A stretch of DNA of 64,000 nucleotides from Lepidodermella squamata (GCA_047495785.1 JBLDXI010000026.1:372001-436000), one strand, 5' to 3'; positions 13,130 through 26,236 are shown, counted from the stretch's first letter. Made by a program: numbers and translations. The notes: generated from the sequence alone by a model not told the origin.

Positions 13130-15171
13130 ATGATGGAAGTGGACGCGAGACGTGTGGCATGCAAGGCATTAAACCTTCAAAAAAATTATAACCTATGTTA
13201 TCAACCTGTATGTTGTTTCAGATATGCGGGAAATCTGTTGTGAAGCGCAAAAACTATTATCCAGGGCAATGCTCGGCGTGTCAGGTAACGAGGAAACAAG
13301 ATAGAGATGGCGCTTTTAACTAATTCATTTCAGAAATTTTTCACACGGCAGTCTTCGAGGCGCTATGAATTTCAGTGTGTTACTGGCAGCAATAATTGCA
13401 AAATCCTTCCACGAAAAACACGCGGTTGTTGCACTCGATGCCGTCTTGAAAAATGCTTCGCTTTGCGTTTCCGCTCAGGTATACTATCTACTGACTATTG
13501 CGTTTGGTACATAATATATCAGTCTGATTAGGATTGAAAAAGAACGACGATAACCATTCTGGTTACGAATCAGAGACAAAAGTTGTTGGGATCACTGCGG
13601 ATAGCTGTACATCAACGATACCAGACAGTCCAGATCTTGTCCATCTCGGAATAGTTGAGAAAGCAACAAAAAACTCAATTATTGGGCTCACCTTTATGCA
13701 TGGCTTACATGCAGTAAGCTAAATGAGTATGCTTATATATTACAATTTATTCTCTTTTCGTCTCTAATTCAGTTTCCGCTGCGAAGAAGGAATGTTCCTT
13801 ATGATGATATCACAGCTTTGAAATCGGAATTTTCTAGCGATCAGCTCCGAGTCTTTAACGATTCAGGCATTATATTTGCGCAGTACATGAAAGGTAGTTG
13901 CTACATTTTGTTAGTTTCGCATCAAGAGGGGCAGGGCAGTGGGAGAATAAAGGAGCAAAGTGCAATACGAATATCAGCTCATCTGGGGTATGTTACTCGC
14001 CCGCGATTGCTTGCCAAGAGGCGAACATCGATTGAAAACTGATGACATACGCAACGATACTGCGTCAAATGATCGAGGCGTTTTCGTATTTCGTGGAAAA
14101 TTATTTCGCCAGCTGATAGTAGCGCCAGCAGATGACAATCGGTGCTTATAGTCATTTTCCAAAGTTCAGAATGATGATCCGCTGCGATTGAAGAAAACAT
14201 TATCTCTTGCAGAAGCCTTTGAAATTTCTGACCGCGAGTGGCCACAAAACGCCGCAAATGGTTGGGCTGAAACTTCAATCGCTTTCGAGTCGCAAAAAAG
14301 CGATAACAATGCGCTTTCCATCAACAAAGCCATCTATCCCCAATTTCTAGCTGCTTTCCCCGAGTTAGAGGTAAATCTATTCATCGCCCCTTTCGTTCCG
14401 CAGGGAAACATAAAAGAATGCCATTCAAAATAATAAAGATTCGTGACCAGATTGGAACACCAGAAAAAATATCACCCTAATAACTAATTTATCTGCCGAA
14501 AGCATGAAGTCAGTTTCGGTATCTGAATTCACGCTTTCAGTAAATATATGTAACTGCATTTTTGTTCATGAATTAGGGTGATTTTGGACATGAATTCAGA
14601 TAAATGTTGAAAACTCGTGAATTAGGATGCTCACAGGTCCCTAATTGAGGGGATTTCACAAGCTTAAAGTCCGATTTTTTCATCACCCAAATTAGGCTAA
14701 TTTTTCTCTGGTGAAATGATCCATTGACTTCATACGTCCTAAAACAATTATTCTGTAAATTCGATAAAACGAGTATTTGTCTGTCTCCTTTGCAGCCTTT
14801 GGTTATGTGGTCGCAGGAGCTATCGCACGTGCTAAATGGCTGGCAACCGACAATGCCCGAATTCGCTCTATTCCTGTGCTACCTGTTTTTTAGGGGTAAG
14901 CGCCAAATTAATCATCACTCCTCACTATCCTCACTAATCATCACTATACACAGCATCTAAGACTCACGCATTGGTTAGACTATCAAACGTACTGCAGAAA
15001 TCGCTGTTCATGCATTGCGCTGCCGGCCAGACAGGAAGTCAGTGGCAGGCCTACGTCGAAAGGGCAATTACTATTATGGACCAAGCCGCAGCGTATAGAA
15101 GATTAATTCATAAGAGTGCTGAGGGTCGCTCAAGTTCTTGGTTGCGAAACATTAAGCTGCCAATTTACTAA
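13130..15171 (+). CDS. Divergent NHR, copy 2 (P-box CSACQK; GC donor in intron 1)
   Basis: MMEVDARRVACK|ICGKSVVKRKNYYPGQCSACQ|KFFTRQSSRRYEFQCVTGSNNC...CCTRCRLEKC; LBD exons lie in ORFs 14188, 14724 and 14971. Confidence 0.85.
14458..14713. mobile_element. Intronic MITE with CACCAG...CTGGTG ends (CMC/CACTA-like, possible 2-bp AA TSD)
   Basis: AA|CACCAGAAAAAAT ... ATTTTTCTCTGGTG|AA; not seen in the paralogous intron of copy 4. Confidence 0.55.
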
Positions 15172-15810
15172 TTCCAGATAAGGTCTATTTTTTTGACATC
15201 CTAGTTAATAAAAGGTGGTTTATTTGAGTTCCAGTTATATCCGCTGTTACATTTACTTTGAATTTGTCGAACTAACTAACGGAGTTTTAGGAAGACAGAA
15301 GTGCAGAAGTCGATACTGACATGCTACTGGCAGAAGATATGAGAAGCTCCGCCAGTAAGGCCCAAATAATCAACATTGTTTTTTAAGGTGGTTTTACTAG
15401 CCGCGCCGCCCTATTATCATCAGAACTGGTATTTTCGACCGTTCTGGCGTTTTCGACGTGAGGATACTTCAGCTTCCATCTACGATGCTGCCGTAAGTTT
15501 CAGAAGCAATGCTTGATGTCCGTAATTCATTTGTCACTTTCACAGCGTTAAGTTCTTGTCTATGTGTATGTGCCTAGCCTATGTCTACCTCGTACCTTGT
15601 AACTTGTAACTTGCCTCAATTTTGCTGTGAAAATTATTAGAAGTTGTTGAGATTAATTCGAAAAATTGAAATTTGACGAGGAAAATTGATGCAATTGTGG
15701 TGATGGTGTAATATTATAGGCAGAATTGTCTCATTCCATTATTAGACCAAGATTTGATAAAGCTTGGACTACAACTTGGAGGTTGCCATTGGCAAGACCA
15801 TGATGTCAAA

Positions 15811-15895
15811 AGAGCTAATAATTGCTATTAAGGAGCAGGCCGCAGTGTACAGGCCAACTTATCTGAAAATTGCAGAGGATCGATTTTTTTGGTTT
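15811..15895 (+). pseudogene. NHR last-exon remnant
   Basis: Encodes IAIKEQAAVYRPTYLKIAEDR, homologous to the paralogues' C-terminal exon. Confidence 0.6.
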
Positions 15896-15958
15896 GATAC
15901 TTTTCTGCGATCATGAAATATGTAATGTAGCGGTAAGTGAACACCCTTCTGCCATCTA

Positions 15959-16031
15959 GCCGAGATAGCTTAGTTGGGAGAGCGTTAGACTGAAGATTTA
16001 AAGGTCCCTGGTTCGATCCCGGGTCTCAGCG
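15959..16031 (+). tRNA. tRNA-Phe(GAA), degenerate or possibly pseudogene
   Basis: GCCGAGATAGCTTAGTTGGGAGAGCGTTAGACTGAAGATTTAAAGGTCCCTGGTTCGATCCCGGGTCTCAGCG is close to eukaryotic tRNA-Phe but has a C3-A70 acceptor-stem mismatch and C>T changes in the D and anticodon stems. Confidence 0.8.
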
Positions 16032-16084
16032 TGCCGTTGGCCTAATCTAATTGTCATGCTAGAAGCCCACTGGGGTTTTCTATC

Positions 16085-16140
16085 GCAGGTTAGTCTAGGA
16101 GTTTGATTGTCGCTTCGGGTGCGAGAGGTCGAACGGGCCC
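16085..16140 (+). pseudogene. tRNA-Pro(CGG) pseudogene lacking the T arm
   Basis: GTTAGTCTAGGAGTTTGATTGTCGCTTCGGGTGCGAGAGGTC-GAACGGGCCC matches tRNA-Pro with the T stem-loop deleted; followed by a T-run. Confidence 0.7.
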
Positions 16141-16204
16141 ACTCTTTTTTTCTTGAAAATGTATTGAAAATGTATCACATGATCTAGGCATTTAATTTTA
16201 TATC

Positions 16205-16277
16205 TCCCTGATGGTCTAGTGGTTAGGATTCCGCGCTCTCACCGCGGCGGCCCGGGTTTTCGATTCCCGGTCAGGAC
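16205..16277 (+). tRNA. tRNA-Glu(CTC), degenerate (2-nt insertion in T loop, imperfect 3' acceptor strand)
   Basis: TCCCTGATGGTCTAGTGGTTAGGATTCCGCGCTCTCACCGCGGCGGCCCGGGTTTTCGATTCCCGGTCAGGA. Confidence 0.75.
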
Positions 16278-17148
16278 TCTTAAATGACTCGGACTCTTAA
16301 AATGATCTTCTTTAACTCTCTTCTACGTCAATCGCCTTGTCGAGCACCAACAATTTACACTGAAGCTGAATAGGAAGCTCTCGCCCGACCAGAATAGCCC
16401 CCGGACATTGAGCACGCTGACAGTAATTTTTGCAAGTGTAATTCGCATTTCGCGGACAACGATGCAAATAGAAGTTGCATTTTGAGGTTGAGGTTGTTCA
16501 TTTTTTTGCTGAACACCTTTTCACATCGATCTTGATACGCATGCGAGTTCAATCAATAATTTCACTTCATTTATAACCCGCAAGTACTGCAGCTCGCGCA
16601 ATCAAAAGAGCACGGATCTAAGCAAGCCTCGAATTTCACAGCATTACATCAACATCGTAATGCTTAACTCTTGAGGGGGCATGCGTTGCAATGCAAAAAA
16701 TGGTCGATAGCGAGCACTTGCAAGCTTGTCATTGTCGTTCATTCTTTCTGTTATAAATAAGTAAAACTATAGGTACTTATATAAGACTTATATTCATCTC
16801 AGGGAAAACACTGCGTAATACGCACCTGTCGCTTGAACTTGAAAGTATCACGAACAGAACTGCTGTTTGCTGTTTCGATTGTCATCATTGTGTGAATTTT
16901 CTTCTCTTTTCTTGAATGTTAAATCATCGGTAGTGCATGAGGAAAAATTATCGTTTTAAAACTTGAGAGCGAGGCCATAAGAAATATTTTAGAGAGGGTG
17001 TTCGGCTAGCGATTAGTTCCACTCTCACAAAAGCCAATTCCAATTAATGTCGCTATCGACTATGTAAAGATCGATTTTACTTACATACCACTTTTGCAAA
17101 CTGAACTGACAACTATACAGTAGAGATATTGCAGTTGGCTGAAAAACG

Positions 17149-18842
17149 ATGGAGATCAGCTCTAGCCCTTATTTATGCAAGGTATGCTTATTCGAACTCG
17201 AAATAATGTGATTTCATTATTCATATCTTTGAATGAATTTAAGATTTGTGGTAAAGTTGTTACGAGGCGTAAGTACTATTGTCCGAAGCGATGTGCAGCA
17301 TGCGAGGTAACAAGATAATATGCGCTGATTGATTAAAAGTCTGAAACCTAGAAATTCTTCACTCGGCAATCTCCGAGACGTTTTGAATTCGAGTGTATCA
17401 CTGGTAAGAATGACTGCAAAATTCTGCCGGGAAAAACTAGAACCTCTTGCACCCGCTGCCGTCTCGAAAAGTGTTTCGCTTTTCGCGAAAACCCAGGTAA
17501 TTTCTTTTAGCTATGTAAAAAATGTACACATAGTTATAATAACCCTGCTGACTGAGCTTCGATGACCTTGACCGCAAATAATGATGTTTCAGAATCGTTG
17601 GGCAAAAGATTAAGCAGCGATAATAGCAATGCTAGTGACGAATCCAATAACGAAATCACAGCCGATTCAACGATATCAAGCATTCCTGATCTCAAGTGCT
17701 TAGCACTGACCGAAATTGTCACAAAAAACTCAATTATTGGACTTACATTTCTGCATGACTTACATTCGGTAATTCAGGAGCATTCGTTTTATATAAATTT
17801 ACTTTAAACACATGGCTAAATTTAGTTACCACTGCGAGAACGGAATGAACCTTACGAGGACGTCGCCAAGTTGGCATCAGACTTCGCAACCGGTCAGACG
17901 TTCATGTTCATCAGGGCAAGCACAAGATTCGCTCATTACATAAAAGGTAGGTATCTTTAAATTGATCTTGCGGATAGCTTTTATATGTATTGCTCATTCA
18001 TTGCAATCAATCATTGCAATCATTGAGCAAATGAGCAAATGAGCATCGTTTCTCGATAGCTCAAGACATTAATAAAAAAGACGAGAGTAATAAATAAGTT
18101 GAACCTTGCAGAGGCTTTTGGTGTTTCGAATCGCGACTTAGTTCAGGCCTTAGCGATTGGGTGGCCTGTAACTGCACTGGCTTTTGCTGCTCAACAGGGC
18201 GACGAAAACCCAATATCTATCAACAAAGCTATACTGCCACAGTTTCTGACCGTTTTTCCTGAATTCGAGGTAAACCTCTTCATTACTAAACTTTTATAGA
18301 TGTGCACGCAAACGTTAGCACAAGGCTTGTTTGAGCTTGTTTGCACCAGTTGTACCGTTTAAAATAGGTCACAAATAGGTCAGTCAATTTCCATAAAATA
18401 TCTATTAATTGATCAGCACGATAGGACTCGGTATTAGTGCGGTATTAACGATTGTGAATATGTTTTTTCTCAGCCTGTCGCTATGTGGGCGAAAGAACTA
18501 TCGCACGTGTTTAGCGGCTGGCAACCAACTTTGCCGGAATTCGCCCTATTCCTTTGCTACTTGTTTGCTAGGGGTAAGTGACAATCTTTACGTACCACGG
18601 TATAACTTTGCTGTAACAAAGGATCTTCGACTCCGGCCATGGTTAGATTATCAGAAATCTTGCAGAAATCACTAATCATGCACCACGCTGTATTACGAAG
18701 AGGATGCAAATCGCAGGACGAGAACCACGTCGAAAGAGCAATAACTATCATGGAGCAAGCAGCGACGTACAGGCCGAAATTTTTCAAAAAGGCAGAGGCG
18801 CGCTCAAGCCAGTGGTTGCGCAACATAAGTGCATCATGTTGA
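17149..18842 (+). CDS. Divergent NHR, copy 3 (P-box CAACEK)
   Basis: MEISSSPYLCK|ICGKVVTRRKYYCPKRCAACE|KFFTRQSPRRFEFECITGKNDC...SCTRCRLEKC, with LBD exons present. The frame stays open only if a GAG acceptor at 17554-17556 is used. Confidence 0.75.
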
Positions 18843-19236
18843 TCTCAGACACTGATGTTTTTATCGTGACTTCGAAGTTGGAAAACTTGCAGTTGTTTGG
18901 ATTCATCCTGATGTTAAAACATGATCCAAAGTCATCAAACCTAAGACATTCATTCATGTCTGATGGCCGAATGTCTATTGGGATCGTTCAAAATAAGAAT
19001 TTCATTTTATTCTGAATCTATTTTCTTTGCTAACATGTAAATATTGAATCACGAAAGAGTAAAATGGCCACAAGGACAGGTTGATTATAGACTCGTCGGG
19101 GTCCAAGAACAACCGCTTGATGCATGTAAAAAATTAAAAGCGTGAAACGGTGCAGTTATATCAAATCCAGTTCCAAACTAAGATATTCTTCTATTTTTCC
19201 CACGTTCAACCTATCCAGTCCGGTTAAGCCATGCCA

Positions 19237-19390
19237 CACTGCTTCATTGCGCTGTTTGTAATTTAATATTTTCGCTTTTAGCTGGGCTTTTAGCTTTTAG
19301 CGTGCATGTACGATCAATATTAATGCTCCAATTAAATTCTGTGAGTATCTATATTCGCTGCGCAATCGAAAGAGCACGGGCTCGATAGCT
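19237..19390 (+). promoter_or_regulatory. Conserved upstream module of the NHR repeat unit (representative copy)
   Basis: GCTTCATTG...TAATTTAATA...GCGTGCA...GATCAATA recurs at ~10755, 19237, 22612 and 27980, and in partial form at ~6150, 12220, 16545 and 46520. Confidence 0.6.
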
Positions 19391-20203
19391 AACACCCTTC
19401 CTTTATACATTCTATATTATCGTACCGCTTGACTCGATGGGGTGACTCGGGTGCCTTATGCGAAAATTGGAACAAGCTTTTTCATCAGCATTTCTATCGA
19501 AGCAAGGCGCGTGCCACTATCAATTATTGTTGCTTTTCCTCAATGAAAACGAGCAGAAGAGTGCTCATGTTCACTAGACGCTAGGCCATAATTTGATTAG
19601 AACTACCCTGTGCTTATGAATGTGTTTCTGTGTCAAAAAGGCAGATAAGTTAGATATTAGATAGGTCTGGCAAGCAAGCACGGCGTGTATCAGTGTTTAG
19701 ATTGATCAGGATCTTTAGCTGTCTTCCTCGTGCGACCTGTTTGATTGCCAAACAGGTGCTTAGGTTCGATCTGTTATTGAGTAAATCCTGTATAACGCAA
19801 TTAAACCTCCTCCCTCCCTGGCCCATACCCTGAGAAAAATTATTCAGTGGATTACAGCTTTGTATTCGGGTCTGTAAAGCAGGAATAAATTGATACAACT
19901 TGAAAATATCCCACGACTTAACGCTGCGAAGATCTATGCAATTTATAAAATTATACTTTTAGATTATAATTGTATGCAATTTCAAATTTATTGACACAAC
20001 GAATTCTAGGATTGACACAACGAGGTTAGATCGGGTAGATTTAGGAATTATGAATTATTATTTTTATTACCGCTGATTATGGAAAGTGGATGTTTCAAGC
20101 TACTAAGTGATATAAAAAAATAAGGGCCTTTTTGGATTCGCCAAAGAAATGAGAAACATAGGGATACTTAAATACTAGAGATTTCGCTGACTTATTAGTA
20201 ACC

Positions 20204-22066
20204 ATGGAAGTCATCGTGAGGCATGTTGCTTGCAAGGTATTATATCACCAGCAGCGTAAATTATGTACCCACCTCCATATCTTATCGCCAGGTATGCGGA
20301 AAGTCTGTCATGAAGCGAAACAACTATTATCCAGGGCAATGCTCGGCTTGTCAGGTAAAGGAAAACGAACTTTTTCAGAATGGAGTTTTTAATCTGCCAT
20401 TTTTACAGAAATTCTTCACTCGACAAGCTTCCAGGCGCTTTGAATTTCAGTGTCTTACTGGTAGGAGTAATTGCGAAATCCTTCCAGGAAAAACCCGCGG
20501 TTGTTGTACTCGCTGCCGTCTTGAGAAGTGCTTCGCTTTGCGCTTAAGCTCATGTAGATTATTCCTAGGCGATTAACATCTCTTAAATTCGGTATTTTCC
20601 TTTAGCACTGAAAAAGAGCAATGCTAGTAACGAATCACAGGCAAAAGGTCTTGAGATCAGTACCGATAGTTGGTCATCAGCGATCCCAGACAGTCCAGAT
20701 CTTGTCCATCTCAGAATAGCGGAGAAAGCCACTAAAGCCTCAGTTATTGGGCTCACGTTCCTGCATGGCCTACACGCAGTAAGTTTACTTCGTTACTTTA
20801 TTCTAACTCATTCTTATTTTGCCTCTAATTTAGCTTCCGCTACGAGGAAGGAATGTTCCTTATGATGACGTAACAATGTTGGCATCGGAATTTTCTAACG
20901 ATCAGATCAGTAGATTGAACGATTTGGGAACAATATTTGCACAGTACATGAAAGGTATTTACGACATTCCGCTAACTTTACATCTAGCGGTGAAGTAGAA
21001 TTCACATGCTAACTAACGCCACAAGAATTCGTGGTTCTTGTCTCTTATCTTCTCGTCTCTTTTCCGATTAAAAAAGGAGAGACCAGGAGACATGAGACAT
21101 GAGCGGAGTCAGGGAAACACTGAAGGCAATAGAAAAGTGGAATGTCTCTTCATTGCAATGTCTTTCATGCTCTCGGGTCATACGCATGATTGCTTGGGAA
21201 GAGGCGGCCTCGATTGAACGCATCGAATTATAGCGGCCCTTTTGTATCCTTGGAAAAATTATGACGTCAGCTGAAATAGTTCCTCATCCTGAATAACTTT
21301 CAGCCTTTTTCCCGAATATTCAAGATTACAAAACGTTTACTCTTGCAGAGGCCTTCGGAATTCCTGACTGCGAGTGGCCACCAAACGCTGCGACTGGTTG
21401 GTCTGAAACCACAATTGCTTTCACAACGCAGCAAGGTGACAGCGGTTTGATTCCTGTCAACAAAGCAATTCTTCCTCAATTTCTAGCCGTTTTCCCCGAG
21501 TTTGAGGTAAATCTCTTCATCAACCCCTTCGATATACTGGATACGTAATAACTGGTTGAAGAATGCCTTTCAAGATCATAAAAAGTGAAATCGGATGATA
21601 CTGAAAATGAACTGGTGACTTCATTGCTAGAGTCATGAATGAACAATTATTCAGTGAATTCCATAGCTAAATTATTTATTTTGTTTCATTTGCAGCCTAT
21701 CACAATGTGGGCGCAAGAGCTATCGCACGTGCTAAATGGCTGGCAACCGACAATGCCCGAATTCGCTCTATTCCTGTGCTACTTGTTTTTTAGTCGTACG
21801 CATCTAATTGATGATAAATACTCACATGTGATTGATTTTCTTACACAGAATGTAAGACTAAGGTTTTGGTTCGATTATCAAATGTCTTGCAGAAATCGCT
21901 CTTGCTACAGTGCGCTGCTTTGAGGAAAGGATGTCAGTGGGAGGAACAAGTCGACAGAGCCATTGCTATTATGGAGCAAGTCGCAGCGTACAGGCAATCA
22001 TTTTTTAAGGAAGCCGAGGATCGATCAAATTCCTGGGTGAGCAAAGTCAAGCCATCACTTAGATAA
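20204..22066 (+). CDS. Divergent NHR, copy 4 (P-box CSACQK), ~335 aa, 8 exons
   Basis: All 8 exons splice in frame with GT-AG introns, from MEVIVRHVACK|VCGK... to ...SWVSKVKPSLR*. Confidence 0.88.
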
Positions 22067-22728
22067 TTCCAAACGCGCTGTAAAGTACTCATGTTTTTGT
22101 GAGATCATATTAAATAAAAGTTACATAATGTTGTTTTACTATTCGCGTCCATTCGCAGTCACGTTGATCCAGTTCTCAGCTGAAAACTGAACTGGCGGCT
22201 CGATGCAGAATTTCGTGACGCCACACAAGCTTCGAGTTTCGTCGCGTTGTGGCCAACCTGCGGCAAGTTGAGGCGCTACTGTATAGCTTGGGTGCGTCTG
22301 CGCAAGCTCGACCGGTCCGATGACCGACATTGTTTGGTAAATTTGTCACATTAGTTTGTCGCATTCTCACATTAGTTAAATAAACGACCAGAAGTGCAGA
22401 GCTATAGAGATAGCTGGGGTCTATAAGAGCTGCTAGCGAAGCATGAATAATTGCGATAATACCTATGGTTTAGAAAGCACATTCGAAGGAGAGATTTTAC
22501 TACTTCAAGCCTGCAAATCGAAGTGTTCCTGCAATTCTAGTCTTGAGTAATCACTTCAACCAAACTTATCAACACAAGAAACCCCTCAATTATTCAGGTC
22601 CGGTTTAGCCCCTACTGCTTTTTAACGCTCTTTGTAATTTAATACTGTCGCCTGAAAGGCTCCGAGCTGCGAGCGTGCATGAACGATCAATATTTCTTAT
22701 GCTCCATTTGTTTTCTGCGAGTATCAAT

Positions 22729-22886
22729 GAGGGTTATTTTCAAAGCTCCCTTTATCATAAAGTCGACTTTATGACGTCAAAATGACGCAGATTTGCAAAA
22801 ACTACTGTGGTTCGACTCAGAAAAACTTGTGTTATCGACGTCATAAAGTCGACTTTATGATAAAGGGAGCTTTGAAAATAACCCTC
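22729..22886. mobile_element. 158-bp MITE with perfect 50-bp TIRs and 3-bp AAT TSD (PIF/Harbinger/PHIS-like)
   Basis: AAT|GAGGGTTATTTTCAAAGCTCCCTTTATCATAAAGTCGACTTTATGACGTC ... exact reverse complement|AAT. Paralogous upstream modules show the empty site. Confidence 0.88.
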
Positions 22887-23986
22887 AATGTTGGCCGCGA
22901 TATCAAAAAGCAAAGATTTGAACGGCAATCCTCTAAAAATCTATAATACATTACCGCTTGACGGGTGCCCCGTGCGAAAATTGGAAGATTGTTTATCAAT
23001 CGCGTTGAAGCAAGGCACGTGCCACTATAAATTATGTTTTCATTTTCTCAATGAACACTTAACGAACAGTGCTCGTGTTCACAATACTGTAGGCCCTTAT
23101 CAAAAATTATAACTAGAGTTTGAAACACTGCCGCATGCTTATTAATTTATCTAAGCGTCAACGAAGGATACGTAAGATCGATGTGTCGCGCAATTACTCG
23201 ATTGACATGATTGAATGGATTGATATGATAGATCATGATTTCTAACTTGTGCTCTTGCTCGCGCGGCTGCCTGATTGCAAGTGTTTTAATCCGATCTGTT
23301 TTGAGCCAATATGTAATCAAAGCAATCAAACCTCCCGCCTCGCCGAAACATATCTATGAATTTTCTATCGTTTGTGTATTTCTGGATAATAGGTAAAAAT
23401 TCGAGTGTGCGGTGTGCGCGCCCAAATTTGTCGCTGAAAATGCGGCACGCAATACCGGTTACGCAACCAGCATTAGTGTGCGCGCTCATTATCGTAGTCA
23501 CACGCTAAATTCGAATATGCAAATTAACATAACAGTGCTGTTTAAACTGTTCCGAGAAGGTCGACTAAAGAAAATACCTATACTCATAGACTGCGGTAAG
23601 TTCTATTAAGGCTGCCGCCCCTACGGGATCAGTCATGAATCGCACGAATCAGTCATGAATTTTAGAGCTATTACTGGCTCTAAAATTCAGGGGATGACAG
23701 CTCGATTTGAGGGGATGGGTAGGGGATGGCTGGATAAATCGCTGCGAACAATTATCAAAAACTTACCTCGAATAGCCCGATGGACAAGGGTTGACATTTT
23801 CTGAAACGCTTCGCCTGAAAGGTTTTAAATGGTCTTATAATTCGGTAAATTCAATTAGAAGACTTTACTTTTTACTTGATCTTTTCGGACAACTGCGACA
23901 CTACTAATATTCTCACTTTTCGAAACGTGTTACCATCAGCGTGCGCTGGACATAGACTAGAGATTTTTTCACCATTGCTGATCACT

Positions 23987-25605
23987 ATGGAAGCCACCGT
24001 GAAGGGTGCTGCTTGTAAGGTATTTTATCCTCAAAACATGAATAACCCATTCCGTTATTTTTCTCTCCAGATATGCGGAAAGTCTGTTGTAAAACGAAAA
24101 AACTACTTTCCAGGGCAATGCTCGGCGTGTCAGGTAAAAAACTAACTTCGAGATGGTGCTTTTAACTTTTCATGTCTAGAAATTCTTCACACGACAAGCT
24201 TCGAGGCGCTTTGAATTTCAGTGTCTTACTGGTAAAAATAATTGTGAGATCCTCCCTGGAAAAACTCGCGGTTGTTGCACTCGCTGCCGTCTTGAAAAGT
24301 GCTTCACTTTGCGCTCAAGCTCAGGTAGAATATCCCGAGTTGATTAGCATTTGGTAAATTCTGCTTTTAGCATTTAAAAAGAGCAGCGAAAAGAACCATA
24401 GTAACGAATCAGAGAAAACAGGTCTCCAGACCTCTGCTGATGATTGGTGTTCAACGATACCTAGCAATCTAGATCTATACGACCTCGGAATAGCGGAGAC
24501 AGCCACGAAAAACTCAATTATTGGGCTAACGTTTCTGCATGGCTTACATTCAGCAAGTTATCTGCGTTTTCCTTTTTCTAATTTATTCTTGTGTCATCCC
24601 TAATTTAGCTTCCGCTGAGAGGAAGGAATGTTCCTTATGATGACGTCACCATTCTGAAATCGGAATTTGTCAACGACCAGATAAGAATCTTTAACGATGC
24701 AGGCCTAATATTTGCACAGTATATGAAAGGTACACAAAAGGGTCAAAGGATCAGAGGGGTTTTCCAAAAATTTAGACGATGATCCGCAGCGATACAAAAA
24801 TGTTAACTCTTGCAGAAGCCTTCGGAATTCCTGACCACGAGTGGCCACAAGCCGCCGCATCTGGTTGGGCAGAAACCACAATCGCCTTCTCAACGCATCA
24901 AGCCGATAGCAATCCGCTTGCGGTCAACCAAGCTATTCTTCCTCAATTATTCGCCGCGTACCCTGAATTAGAGGTAAATCTCTTCCCAATCCATTTGGTT
25001 ATGGATGCAAATTTAATAATTAGGGTTTCCCTTCCAAAATTAAATTCCAGACGAAATAGGATATGGGTTATCAAATAAGTTGAATAAGTTAGGTCTTTCG
25101 ACCATTCGCACTTGAGTATGCAGGCGTTTTTTCAACCCCCTCCCCGGTCTTAATCAGCTGTTTTGTAGATTATGGAACCCCTTCTAAGTACGAATATACC
25201 AACCCATTATTTATTTGTCTCATTTCCAGCCTGTCGCAACGTGGGCGCAGGAGCTATTGCACGTGCTCAATGGCTGGCAACCGACGATGCCCGAATTCGC
25301 TCTATTTCTTTGCTACCTTTGCTTTAGCAGTACGCAAATTGCTGATCACTACTGACCACTGACGAGTGATTGATTTTTCTTACACAGGATCGAAGACTCG
25401 GGTTTTGGTTCGATTATCGAATGTCTTGCAGAAATCACTGTTTATGCAGTGCGCTGCCTTGCGGAAAGGAATTCAGTGGCAGGACCACGTCGAAAGAGCC
25501 ATTGCCATCATGGAGCAAGTCGCAGCGTACAGGCTAGAATTTTTTAAGCAAGAAGAGAATCGACCAAGTTCCTGGGTGCGCAACGTCAAGTCATCATTAA
25601 GATGA
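23987..25605 (+). CDS. Divergent NHR, copy 5 (P-box CSACQK; GC donor after exon 4)
   Basis: MEATVKGAACK|ICGKSVVKRKNYFPGQCSACQ|KFFTRQ...; exon 4 ends GLHS followed by GCAAGT; last exon is in ORF 25366-25605. Confidence 0.85.
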
Positions 25606-25679
25606 ATCCAGAAACGTTGTAGAGTACGCAGATTTTGTGAAATCATAGTAAATGGAAAGCTGTACATTATAGATCCATT

Positions 25680-26236
25680 CATCGACCGCGAAGCCGAACG
25701 CGGTGGCTGTCGAGCAAACTCAGGACTTGTACGAAGACCTTATTCTCATGGAAAAGCACATCGACCTGTAAGCCTTTTTTCTTTCATTTATTTATTTTCA
25801 AATTTTGAAGCTGAAATTAATTTTGATTTTTTTCAATAAAAATTCAAAAAAATTGAATGCTAAAATTAAATTATTTTTTTTCAATTTCAGCCGCTGCGGC
25901 CAGGTCTGCTTTACTCGGTGCGACGATTCAACCTGCGTACATTGCGGACAGCATCCGCCGCCCGCCTCCGGCCTGTGGAAGTACCTGAATCAACACGGCG
26001 TCCCCGACCCCGAGTACGACGATTCTCGGCCGGGTCAATACAAGAAATTCGCCGATGTGTTTGAAGCCCGGCAACGCAGCGCTGCTGTTGAGGCAACGAA
26101 TCCGCGGCCGCCGGCTGGTCGTTGCGAAATTTGCCCATCATATAGCTTTTTCAGCGAGATCCACAAAACCAGGCACACTAATATGATGCATCCCGAAATT
26201 TTGAAAAAAGGAAATAAAAAATGTCGGAAAGATTGA
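25680..26236 (+). pseudogene. 3' fragment of a Cys-rich/C2H2 zinc-finger protein, probably transposon-derived
   Basis: Spliced ...LYEDLILMEKHIDL|RCGQVCFTRCDDSTCVHC...PDP...YKKF...CEICPSYSFFSEIHKTRHTNMMH. No room for an N-terminus after NHR copy 5; followed by a dispersed repeat. Confidence 0.5.
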
